Positions 25,707-33,120 of a stretch of 33,352 nt of DNA are shown piece by piece. Position 1 is the stretch's first letter. Each line of letters starts with the position of its first letter. Source of the stretch: a virus (lineage: Duplodnaviria > Caudoviricetes); the IMG/VR virus record IMGVR_UViG_3300020043_003076, positions 1 through 33,352 of that record; one strand, written 5' to 3'. Below the pieces are notes generated by a model, which saw nothing but the letters and a program-made list of their open reading frames with translations, was not told where the DNA came from and searched no databases. The translations under genes were made by a program, and so were the position numbers.

Positions 25707-25924
25707 GCGATAAACCAGAAAACCAAAACCTCGATGAGGAAATCGAGGACATGTCAGACGAGGACATATACAAAGAATTGTATTTCCTAAAGGAATTTCT
25801 TTGGGAGGTCGAAGAGAATACATTGCTATATTTTCCAAATAAAAAAGTGGAATGGCAATCGGAATTGATTAAGTTAATTGACCAGAGATTAAAGTGGCTG
25901 AATTTTGAAGATGAACAAGAATAA
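25703..25924 (+). CDS. Acidic hypothetical protein
   Basis: 73 aa, ATGA-coupled to the phosphoesterase. Confidence 0.7.
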   Translation: MSDKPENQNLDEEIEDMSDEDIYKELYFLKEFLWEVEENTLLYFPNKKVEWQSELIKLIDQRLKWLNFEDEQE

Positions 25925-26069
25925 GATTTTAGAAAGCATAGAAAAAGAAATAAATCAATTAGAGGAAATAATAAAAAAAAGAAAACAGAAATATAATGAG
26001 GTCAAGTATAGTAATTCTGGCAATAATATTGGCCAGTTGTGGAGTCAAAAAACAAACGACAAGCGTTGA
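25911..26069 (+). CDS. Possible small hypothetical protein (52 aa)
   Basis: MNKNKILESIEKEINQLEEIIKKRKQKY...; fills the 25925-25995 gap but overlaps the next gene by 74 nt. Confidence 0.4.
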   Translation: MNKNKILESIEKEINQLEEIIKKRKQKYNEVKYSNSGNNIGQLWSQKTNDKR

Positions 26070-26427
26070 AGTTAAGACACAGAGCGAGATTGAGACAAAG
26101 ACGGAGACAAAGATTTCAGAAATTGCCAACGATTCGTCTGTTGTTATTATACTGGAGACTATTGACTACGAAGTTTGCATCGATACACTGGGACAGATTC
26201 AATCTGCGCCAAAGAAGTTAACCAGACAAATTATTCAAAAGCGAAAATTAGCCGTTGTGAGACATGAAGAGGTTAAAGTTAAACAAGTAGCAGTTGAGCA
26301 AAAGAAAGTTGAGCAGAAAGCAAAAGAAGTGGTTAAGGAGAGCGGCGTTTGGTCTCTCTGGTTGTTTGGATTGATTATCCTGCTCGCATTTATTATTTAC
26401 ATTGTAGCAAAAATGAAAGTTTTTTAG
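25996..26427 (+). CDS. Putative unimolecular spanin (lipoprotein with C-terminal TM helix)
   Basis: N-terminal signal with lipobox LAS-C; C-terminal WLFGLIILLAFIIYIV; last gene of the lysis region. Confidence 0.7.
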   Translation: MRSSIVILAIILASCGVKKQTTSVEVKTQSEIETKTETKISEIANDSSVVIILETIDYEVCIDTLGQIQSAPKKLTRQIIQKRKLAVVRHEEVKVKQVAVEQKKVEQKAKEVVKESGVWSLWLFGLIILLAFIIYIVAKMKVF

Positions 26428-26446
26428 TTTTAGGTTCATAGTTTGG

Positions 26447-26478
26447 AAAGCCGTACAGAAATGTTCGGCTTTTTTTTT
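26447..26478 (+). terminator. Rho-independent terminator ending the late region
   Basis: AAAGCCGTACA-GAAA-TGTTCGGCTTT, then a T-run. Confidence 0.88.
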
Positions 26479-26520
26479 GCTTTAAAAAGTGGCTTTAAAT
26501 AGTTAAAATCGCAGATTGCG

Positions 26521-26581
26521 AAAAAAAGATTAAAAAAAAATAAAAAATGTTTTGTTTTTTAAAAAGTTAAAACGATATTTG
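26521..26581 (+). promoter_or_regulatory. Putative early promoter with A-tract upstream element
   Basis: A-tracts, TTTG (26551-26554), 19 nt, GATATTTG (26574-26581): Bacteroidota -33/-7 spacing. Confidence 0.6.
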
Positions 26582-26620
26582 AATATCAAATCAAACGAAA
26601 ACTATTAAAAATTAAAAATT

Positions 26621-26794
26621 ATGAAAAGATACGATTATCGCAGAGAGTTCAAAGAAATGAACAAAGAGCAATTGCAAAAACAATTAGAAAATAACAAAAA
26701 TAGAATGTTAGATTGTTTATGTTGGGGAATGAATACAGATTCTTATTTTAAAAGAGTTTGTTATATCGAAAGTTTATTAAAAAAAATTAACTAA
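26621..26794 (+). CDS. Small early hypothetical protein (57 aa, not in ORF track)
   Basis: MKRYDYRREFKEMNKEQLQKQLENNKNRMLDCLCWGMNTDSYFKRVCYIESLLKKIN; A-rich initiation region. Confidence 0.7.
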   Translation: MKRYDYRREFKEMNKEQLQKQLENNKNRMLDCLCWGMNTDSYFKRVCYIESLLKKIN

Positions 26795-26799
26795 AAAAA

Positions 26800-26818
26800 G
26801 GAGGGTGAAATTCCCTCC
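26800..26818 (+). other. GC-rich intergenic hairpin
   Basis: GGAGGG-TGAAATT-CCCTCC with A-tract 5' and ATATTTT 3'. Confidence 0.55.
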
Positions 26819-26845
26819 ATATTTTCAAACTTTATATAAAAAAAC

Positions 26846-26974
26846 ATGAACAAATTTAAAACTAAACACTCAGATTACACAGACGCACAATTCAAAGAAA
26901 CATTGTTAGGCTTTGCAACTTTGATTATCGGATTCACAGCATTTATGGGTTTCTTATTTTATTATTTAGGATAA
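26846..26974 (+). CDS. Small membrane protein (42 aa, not in ORF track)
   Basis: MNKFKTKHSDYTDAQFKETLLGFATLIIGFTAFMGFLFYYLG; TAATG-coupled to the next gene. Confidence 0.7.
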   Translation: MNKFKTKHSDYTDAQFKETLLGFATLIIGFTAFMGFLFYYLG

Positions 26975-27318
26975 TGGGAGCGGTTAAAATAGTGAGGACA
27001 TTGGCGAGTTTGCCAGTGGATTCAAACTGGGACATCTCAGACATTATCATAAACTCTGACAACTATATTGTTTCGGGTTATTGCAATGACGATTTTGAGA
27101 CAAGTTATCTGGTTATAACTGAAAAGGAATTGGATAATTATTTATCTGAACATTTCATGCTCGAGGAAATAAAATCGAGTAGAAAAAATGGCAAATATAT
27201 TGTCATGACAGACGGCGAGGGAGAGAATGCAACGTTTATTCCTTTAGAGCAATTCATTGACGAAAACAAATACGATTTTTTTTACAATTTAATAAAGGAG
27301 CAAAGTGGTAAATTTTAA
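26974..27318 (+). CDS. Hypothetical protein
   Basis: 114-aa ORF in a tightly coupled early operon. Confidence 0.7.
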   Translation: MGAVKIVRTLASLPVDSNWDISDIIINSDNYIVSGYCNDDFETSYLVITEKELDNYLSEHFMLEEIKSSRKNGKYIVMTDGEGENATFIPLEQFIDENKYDFFYNLIKEQSGKF

Positions 27319-27685
27319 ATTAAAAGGTAAAATCGAGGCCAAAGAAAATGGAGTCGATTACATGATAAAACAATTCAATCAGGAAATTATGGTATATGCT
27401 TTTGAGGGAAAAGATTTGTCTATTGAAGATAAATTTATTGAATTGAGAGACGCAATGAAATTTGTTCGTGAACACGCACGCAAAAAAGCGGGCGAAATAT
27501 CTAAAACTTATAACCAGACAATCATTGGCAAATTAAAACTGGGCGAAGACTATTCAGTTCCAGAGTCGGAAATCAAAAACCAACGCTCTTTGGTTTCTTA
27601 TTACAGAAAAACCAGAAACAGAGACTATATTTTTGACGTTTTTTATGATAGTGGTAAATTCTTTAAAATAACCAGAATAAAATGA
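27305..27685 (+). CDS. Hypothetical protein
   Basis: 126-aa ORF, GTG start, coupled to neighbours. Confidence 0.65.
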   Translation: MVNFKLKGKIEAKENGVDYMIKQFNQEIMVYAFEGKDLSIEDKFIELRDAMKFVREHARKKAGEISKTYNQTIIGKLKLGEDYSVPESEIKNQRSLVSYYRKTRNRDYIFDVFYDSGKFFKITRIK

Positions 27686-28008
27686 TAGCATCACACATCG
27701 AGGCATTTGGCCAAGTATTAAGCAAACAAGGTTTTGTATTAATAGAAAGAATCGAAGAGCCATTTATGGCGCATTTTATCAAAGATGATTTCGAAATAAA
27801 GTTGAACTGGCATACATTCACATTGCCGAATTGCTACGCTCCGCTTTATTACCCAGACTCAGAAGACCAAGCAATGACGTTGCTTGCATGTCATGGAATA
27901 ATTAAGTTGCCGAGAGACTACAAAAGCGACTCAGATAAATTAAATCTAATCGTTAAATGCGGAGGCACAATAAATCAATCATTAGTTAACCAAATAATAA
28001 AATCATGA
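27682..28008 (+). CDS. Hypothetical protein
   Basis: 108-aa ORF with ATGA overlaps. Confidence 0.7.
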   Translation: MIASHIEAFGQVLSKQGFVLIERIEEPFMAHFIKDDFEIKLNWHTFTLPNCYAPLYYPDSEDQAMTLLACHGIIKLPRDYKSDSDKLNLIVKCGGTINQSLVNQIIKS

Positions 28009-28226
28009 AGTTAATCCATACCTATCCACACAGAACAGAGGACGATGGTTGTCCTAAAACAGAAGTTATTTTTGTTCAATCCACAACTGGCATTAGACCA
28101 GAGCAAGCAAATATCAGTTTAGAACGTTGGGCAAAACATATCCGAGCGCAACTGGGAATCACAGAAAAGCAAGTCATTAAATTAGAACTGCGAGACAATT
28201 ACGAATTGTTTAAAAATATTCGTTAA
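28005..28226 (+). CDS. Hypothetical protein
   Basis: 73-aa ORF with ATGA overlap. Confidence 0.7.
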   Translation: MKLIHTYPHRTEDDGCPKTEVIFVQSTTGIRPEQANISLERWAKHIRAQLGITEKQVIKLELRDNYELFKNIR

Positions 28227-28230
28227 AAAA

Positions 28231-28261
28231 TTTGATTAAATACTTTAAATGTTTAAATTTA
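28231..28261 (+). promoter_or_regulatory. Possible promoter for the recombination genes
   Basis: TTTG (28231-28234), 19 nt, TAAATTTA (one mismatch to TAnnTTTG). Confidence 0.5.
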
Positions 28262-28285
28262 CAAATCACTTAAAACAAACTAAAA

Positions 28286-28837
28286 ATGACAGAACTAATC
28301 AAAATTCAGGCAGAATTAAAAGCGCCAAAAAATCAGTTTAATGCGTTCGGAAAATATAAGTATCGCAATTGCGAAGATATACTCGAAGCGTTGAAACCTT
28401 ACCTTTTGAAGTATGGTTGCATGTTGACCATTTCAGACCAAATTAAAGAGGCAGGCGGTTTAATTTATTGCGAGTCGAGCGTGCAATTAACATTGCCAAC
28501 TGGAATCGTTATAACGACAACTGGTTGCGCAGGCATTGACCCAAACCGCAAAGGCATGGACATTTCGCAGTCGTTTGGCTCGTCATCGAGTTACGCTCGA
28601 AAATTTGCGCTCGGGGGTATGTTTGCTCTGGACGATACAAAGGATAGTGATGCAACCAATACACATGGCAAAGCACCAGAGCCAAAGGTTAAAAAAATTG
28701 CACTGGTTAAAGGTTCGGCGGCATGGAAACAAATTGTTGAAAAGCTATCTAAAAACGAAATAACAATTGCAGACGTTGAGGCTAAATGCGAGTTGACAAA
28801 CGGCCAAAGAGAAATGTTAATGGACGAAGCTATATGA
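28286..28837 (+). CDS. erf: ERF-family ssDNA annealing protein
   Basis: IQAELKAPKNQFNAFGKYKYRNCEDILEALKP...Q.FGSSSSYARKFALGGMF.LDD..DSD. Confidence 0.92.
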   Translation: MTELIKIQAELKAPKNQFNAFGKYKYRNCEDILEALKPYLLKYGCMLTISDQIKEAGGLIYCESSVQLTLPTGIVITTTGCAGIDPNRKGMDISQSFGSSSSYARKFALGGMFALDDTKDSDATNTHGKAPEPKVKKIALVKGSAAWKQIVEKLSKNEITIADVEAKCELTNGQREMLMDEAI

Positions 28838-29454
28838 GACAATTCAAAATAAGATGTTCCCAGATTTCAAAAATCATGGGCAAAGCAAAAAAAGAGGGAG
28901 AGTTGAGCGCCACATGCAAAACTTATTTGCATGAATGGTATGCAGACGACAAAGAGGAATTGCATTCTAAATACACAGAAAAAGGAAAGGCCGTTGAGGC
29001 CGATGCAATCCAGTTCATGGCGGAGCAACTTGGATTCCCATTTGCAGAAAAAAACATTGACATATTTTCAAACGATTATATTGTTGGAGAGCCAGACGTT
29101 TTGCCAACCAATGACATTTGCGTTGACATAAAATGTCCCTTTAATCGCAAAACTTTTCTGGATAATGTATCTGGAATTAATGAGGATTATGAATGGCAGG
29201 GTCGAGGCTATCTCGCAATCACTGGGCGCACACAATTTATTCTATTCTATGCGCTTATGAATACACCTGCGGAGGTTAATTATGGCAGAGAGGTTAAATA
29301 CGACCATTTGCCAGTTGAGCAACGTTGGCTCGCTTATTCGATTGAGCATTCAGACGAAATCATTGAGCAAGTTTATGCGAAAGTAATCCAGTGCCGAGAA
29401 TATCTGGCACAATACCACGAACAAGTAACTAATAAAATTGGTAAAATAAACTAA
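28834..29454 (+). CDS. YqaJ / lambda-exonuclease-like nuclease
   Basis: Start ATG 28834; IRCS.I..IM, G...E, GEPD, DIKCP, Y.WQ..GY: PD-(D/E)xK motifs; adjacent to ERF. Confidence 0.85.
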   Translation: MRQFKIRCSQISKIMGKAKKEGELSATCKTYLHEWYADDKEELHSKYTEKGKAVEADAIQFMAEQLGFPFAEKNIDIFSNDYIVGEPDVLPTNDICVDIKCPFNRKTFLDNVSGINEDYEWQGRGYLAITGRTQFILFYALMNTPAEVNYGREVKYDHLPVEQRWLAYSIEHSDEIIEQVYAKVIQCREYLAQYHEQVTNKIGKIN

Positions 29455-29460
29455 AAGAAC

Positions 29461-29640
29461 ATGTCAGAATTAGATAAAAGAGACGAATTAATCAAAGCAC
29501 AAAGAGAATTAATCGCAAAGCAAGACGAATTGATTGTCGTTTATAAAGAAACGGAATCGCTTTTGCACAAATTGATAGATAATTTAGAAAAAGAATTGAA
29601 AATTTATGCTTTAGTGTATGGAAGTTCACATCAAAATTAG
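29461..29640 (+). CDS. Small coiled-coil hypothetical protein (59 aa, not in ORF track)
   Basis: MSELDKRDELIKAQRELIAKQDELIVVYKETESLLHKLIDNLEKELKIYALVYGSSHQN. Confidence 0.65.
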   Translation: MSELDKRDELIKAQRELIAKQDELIVVYKETESLLHKLIDNLEKELKIYALVYGSSHQN

Positions 29641-29806
29641 AAACAGACGCATTGAACTCGGCTATAATTCAGCCGAGCAATTTGCCTTTGACCACAAATT
29701 AAATCGCAGCACTTACCAGAGAGTTGAGCAGGGCAAAAATATGACTCTGGACACACTGGTTCGAGTTGCGCAGGCTTTAAAAATTGACTTAAAGGATTTA
29801 TTATGA
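29618..29806 (+). CDS. XRE/Cro-family HTH protein
   Basis: IRNRRIELGY.SAEQFA....NRSTYQRVEQG.NMTLDTL.RVAQAL. Confidence 0.88.
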   Translation: MEVHIKIRNRRIELGYNSAEQFAFDHKLNRSTYQRVEQGKNMTLDTLVRVAQALKIDLKDLL

Positions 29807-29916
29807 AAAAATTGACTGAGTTTTTAATTGAATTATTGATATTGAGTTCATTATTATTTTGTTTTTTTGTTTTTGTACCAATGTTAGTCTCATTAATCCT
29901 GCATTTTTTATCATGA
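29803..29916 (+). CDS. Small hydrophobic peptide (37 aa)
   Basis: MKKLTEFLIELLILSSLLFCFFVFVPMLVSLILHFLS; ATGA overlaps at both ends. Confidence 0.55.
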   Translation: MKKLTEFLIELLILSSLLFCFFVFVPMLVSLILHFLS

Positions 29917-30344
29917 AAGCAAAATATATTGGTAAAATTGAGGACGGACGTCTAAGGATTTTAAACAAAAGCATGTTTGATGCACACATTGAATCATTAA
30001 ACGGCAAAGAAGTCTCTATTGTTTTAGATAAGAACACAAAGAAACGTTCAAACAATCAGAATGCTTATTATCATGGCGTTGTTTTGCCAATTGTTAAAGC
30101 GGGATTGATAGACGCAGGATTTGAAAACTATCGAAACAATGAGCAGGTGCATGACTTGTTAAAGTTTAGGTTTTTAAAAACAAATGAAGCCAATATAAAT
30201 GGCGAATTTATAGAGCGAATTAAATCGACCAGTGAACTTTCGACCAGTCAGTTTATGGATTTCATTGCAGAGGTGCAAAAATGGGCAACCGAATTTTTAA
30301 ATGTATATATTCCAGACCCAAACGAAAATTTAGAACTATTATGA
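29913..30344 (+). CDS. NinB/Orf-like recombination-associated protein
   Basis: Start ATG 29913; KRSNNQNAYYHG, VHDLLK..FL, STSELST..F..FI..V. Confidence 0.75.
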   Translation: MKAKYIGKIEDGRLRILNKSMFDAHIESLNGKEVSIVLDKNTKKRSNNQNAYYHGVVLPIVKAGLIDAGFENYRNNEQVHDLLKFRFLKTNEANINGEFIERIKSTSELSTSQFMDFIAEVQKWATEFLNVYIPDPNENLELL

Positions 30345-30712
30345 TAGCAAATTTTGAGGAGTTAACCTATCAAATCACAGATAATGAAAAACGATGCGCT
30401 AAATTCATTGAGGCAGTGTTAAGGAAAACCAATAAATTTTACACTAACAAGCAACTCAGAAAATTAATCTTTGAACGCTCTGGGAATGACACTGAGTTTG
30501 AATTGGCTGACTCCAGAATCCGAGTTATAATGAATTATTTGAGGCGCACAACTGCTCCAAACATTATTGCATCGTCTAACGGCTATAAAATAACCGAAGA
30601 CATTGACGAATTGAATAACTATCTGGAGTCGTTATATGACCGAATTAACGCAATCAAAGTAATCGCAGACCAAACATCATTTTATGTGCAACAATATGGA
30701 ACGAAACGCTAA
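30341..30712 (+). CDS. Hypothetical protein, probable winged-helix DNA-binding
   Basis: Start ATG 30341; RIR.IMNYLR....IIASSNGY pattern. Confidence 0.6.
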   Translation: MIANFEELTYQITDNEKRCAKFIEAVLRKTNKFYTNKQLRKLIFERSGNDTEFELADSRIRVIMNYLRRTTAPNIIASSNGYKITEDIDELNNYLESLYDRINAIKVIADQTSFYVQQYGTKR

Positions 30713-30920
30713 TATAATCGAGTTTTTAATTGGCGGGAATAATAGCGTCAAAATAACTGCGGCCAAATTTAATGTGCAAAGGTCATTTGTAATCCGTTTG
30801 ACCACATACTATTTTGGAATGGGCAACAAGGCTCTCATTTCGGTCAAACACGATGACATTGACCAGTCAGTTTATTTAAAAAAATACGAGGCGAAAAACC
30901 TTGTTATTTGTAATTTGTAA
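30696..30920 (+). CDS. Hypothetical protein, possible HTH
   Basis: SVKITAAKFNVQRSFV helix-turn-helix-like segment. Confidence 0.55.
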   Translation: MERNANIIEFLIGGNNSVKITAAKFNVQRSFVIRLTTYYFGMGNKALISVKHDDIDQSVYLKKYEAKNLVICNL

Positions 30921-30937
30921 AATTTATAATATATTTG
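30907..30937 (+). promoter_or_regulatory. Bacteroidota-type promoter
   Basis: TTTG (30907-30910), 19 nt, TATATTTG (30930-30937), 3 nt, ATG 30941. Confidence 0.65.
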
Positions 30938-30940
30938 AGC

Positions 30941-31087
30941 ATGAAAATAGAAACATCGAAATTGATTAGCTTTAGCGAGTATGCTAAAAAGAATAATAAA
31001 ACAACCCAGTGGACATATCACATGGCTAAGACTGGTAAAATAAAAGTTTTAAAAATATCTGGCATTAATTTCGTTTTATTGGATTAA
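30941..31087 (+). CDS. Small excisionase-like / HTH DNA-binding protein (48 aa, not in ORF track)
   Basis: MKIETSKLISFSEYAKKNNKTTQWTYHMAKTGKIKVLKISGINFVLLD; Xis/MerR-like pattern. Confidence 0.7.
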   Translation: MKIETSKLISFSEYAKKNNKTTQWTYHMAKTGKIKVLKISGINFVLLD

Positions 31088-31104
31088 ATATCGATATTTG
31101 AGTT

Positions 31105-31199
31105 CTGAATTTTTATATTTTTAGCGGGATATAAAAATTTGATTATTTTAATTAATCGCCCTGAAGATTTCCGCTAAAATCCGATGGGCGTTTTTTTTT
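31105..31199 (+). ncRNA. Candidate structured leader / small RNA: two hairpins with complementary loops, the second an intrinsic terminator
   Basis: Stem 31108-31118/31129-31139 with loop TTTTAGCGGG; stem CGCCC...GATTT-CCGCTA-AAATC...GGGCG plus T9; GATATTTG box at 31093-31100. Confidence 0.6.
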
Positions 31200-31985
31200 A
31201 TGAAATATTTTTTGCATGATAGCAACTCATTCAATGATGAGAAAATAACAGAATTATTTATGGCCTATGGTTATGAGGGACTCGGATTGTTTTATAGCGC
31301 TTTAGAAAAGTTCGCTCAACAAGAAAAGCCAATCAAAACATGCGTTTTAAAAAAGCAATTATTTGTAGGTAAAAAACTTGAAAAATGTTGGTTGTTTATG
31401 GAAACAATTGGACTAATTTCATCAAACAATGGCGAAAGTTTCAACAAACAATTGCTAAAGTTTAGCGAAAACTATAAAATAAAAAAAGAAAAAAGCGCAG
31501 AACGTTTGAAACAATGGCGTGAAAATCAGCAAGTTACTGAAAATGAAACGCATTTCGAACATGTACGAAACGCATCTAAAGTAAAGATAAGTAAAGTAAA
31601 TAGAAGTAAAGTAAATATAGAACCCAATTCTAACGAATTGACGCCCTCTAAAAAACATTCATTTGAAAACTCTATTTATTTTGACAAAAAAAAATTCAAA
31701 GAGGCGTTCCCAGAATGGGAGCGAGAAAAACTGGCTAAGTATTATGAATCCGCTTTGCTATATTCGCAGTCCAAAGGAGTTAAATATTTAAACTGGGCGG
31801 CCGCCATTAAAAACTGGGAAAAAAGAGACAATCAAAACAATAAAAATGGGAAATCAGAATTTGAAAAAAACAGAATCGCAGTCGAGCAACGCATTAAGCA
31901 AGCCGACCAGTACATCGCCGAAGTTATTTTTGGGGACAATCAAAGATTTAATAACGACCAACCCGACACCATTGGCATTGATTAG
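31200..31985 (+). CDS. Replication initiator (Lin1244/DUF4373-like N-terminus)
   Basis: YFLHDSNSFNDEKI..L...YG.EG.GLF...LE N-terminus; SKVK repeat linker; C-terminal NW.AAI.NW. Confidence 0.8.
   Translation: MKYFLHDSNSFNDEKITELFMAYGYEGLGLFYSALEKFAQQEKPIKTCVLKKQLFVGKKLEKCWLFMETIGLISSNNGESFNKQLLKFSENYKIKKEKSAERLKQWRENQQVTENETHFEHVRNASKVKISKVNRSKVNIEPNSNELTPSKKHSFENSIYFDKKKFKEAFPEWEREKLAKYYESALLYSQSKGVKYLNWAAAIKNWEKRDNQNNKNGKSEFEKNRIAVEQRIKQADQYIAEVIFGDNQRFNNDQPDTIGID
31545..31620 (+). repeat. Iteron-like repeats, candidate replication origin within the initiator gene
   Basis: GAAACGCAT at 31545 and 31567; TAAAGTAAA at 31577, 31592 and 31607 (15-nt period). Confidence 0.55.
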
Positions 31986-32583
31986 AAAAGAAAAGGGAGA
32001 CGGATTCGTTGTCAAAGTAATTGAGAGAGCAATTGACGGACTAATCGTTTCTTTGAACGTTTCTAAGAACATGAGCGAAAGCCAGATTGCAGAAGCGGCA
32101 CAAATGGTTTATTCTGAATATTACTATTGGTCTATTCAACATGTTGTCATGGCGTTTAACAACTTTAAAATGGGGAAATACAAAGAAATTGAGTTATTCC
32201 ATTCGTTTGACGTTACAACTATTTTTAAAATTTTAAGTAGATTTGACACCGATTTAAAGAAAGCAAAAGAGCAAGTCGAGTCAGAGGCTATTCAAGAAAA
32301 ATATAAACAATGGGAGCAAAGCTATCTGGACAACAAGCCAACTGACGAAATAATTGAGCAAGTTAAAGCATTAACAACTAAAATAATGGACAAAAAGGAA
32401 TACAAGAAAGCACCAGAGCCAAAAGAATGGTCGAGAACACGTGAATTGCTTGCTGAGTTCGACAAACTATGGCGCAGTGAGCCGAGTAGTGGTTCTGTGC
32501 GAGTTGTTACAATAGAGGGGCGCAAATTAGACCAAACAGAATATTTGATTTATAGAATTGAGCAGGAAAATGAGCAATCCTAA
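31846..32583 (+). CDS. Hypothetical replication accessory protein (possible helicase loader)
   Basis: 245 aa in the lambda P-like position, overlapping the initiator by 140 nt; function inferred from position only. Confidence 0.55.
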   Translation: MGNQNLKKTESQSSNALSKPTSTSPKLFLGTIKDLITTNPTPLALIRKEKGDGFVVKVIERAIDGLIVSLNVSKNMSESQIAEAAQMVYSEYYYWSIQHVVMAFNNFKMGKYKEIELFHSFDVTTIFKILSRFDTDLKKAKEQVESEAIQEKYKQWEQSYLDNKPTDEIIEQVKALTTKIMDKKEYKKAPEPKEWSRTRELLAEFDKLWRSEPSSGSVRVVTIEGRKLDQTEYLIYRIEQENEQS

Positions 32584-32761
32584 ATATTACGAATTGATTT
32601 GCCAGATAGGGCATGCAATTAAACACATTAAAATAATGGCTAATCATGATGACTGGGAGCAATACGATAGACGAATAAAGAGAGAGTTGTTTGGCAAAGG
32701 CAAAGAGTCGCCATTTAAAGTTTTAAATAGTAAAATAATAAACGAAAACATTGGATTATGA
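32570..32761 (+). CDS. Hypothetical protein
   Basis: MSNPKYYELIC...; coupled to neighbours. Confidence 0.6.
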   Translation: MSNPKYYELICQIGHAIKHIKIMANHDDWEQYDRRIKRELFGKGKESPFKVLNSKIINENIGL

Positions 32762-33120
32762 GTATAATTTTTGTAATTTTAGCATCAATATGCAACGCAT
32801 TAATGGACACATTGTCAACGAGATACGACATTTCAGTGTTTAGAAATTTTAAAAATGAGCAATTCTGGGACTGGCGCATTAGTTGGAAAAACAAATGGAA
32901 AGGTGGTAGCATTCGCAACGGCGAAAAGTTCTGGCAATCGAGCAGGTTTTTAGTTTGGTCAACAGATGGGTGGCATTTGGCTAAAGCGTTAATGTTGGCT
33001 TTTATGTCGTTAGCAATTGTTTTTTATGAGCCGATGTATGGAGTATTAGACGCTTTTATCTTTTGCTTTGTTTGGGGAATTGTTTTTGAGTATAGCTATA
33101 ATAAATTATTTAAAAGATGA
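32758..33120 (+). CDS. Trp-rich membrane protein (hypothetical)
   Basis: ASICNALMD, SWKNKWK, TDGWHLAK and several hydrophobic helices. Confidence 0.7.
   Translation: MSIIFVILASICNALMDTLSTRYDISVFRNFKNEQFWDWRISWKNKWKGGSIRNGEKFWQSSRFLVWSTDGWHLAKALMLAFMSLAIVFYEPMYGVLDAFIFCFVWGIVFEYSYNKLFKR

Noticed and set aside
26039-26221. Nested ORF as an Rz1-like o-spanin
   Set aside because: No signal peptide or lipobox; the enclosing gene already has lipobox plus TM topology
31577-31620. Short repeats as a CRISPR array
   Set aside because: Units are 9-15 nt, in frame within a gene, with no unique spacers and no cas genes
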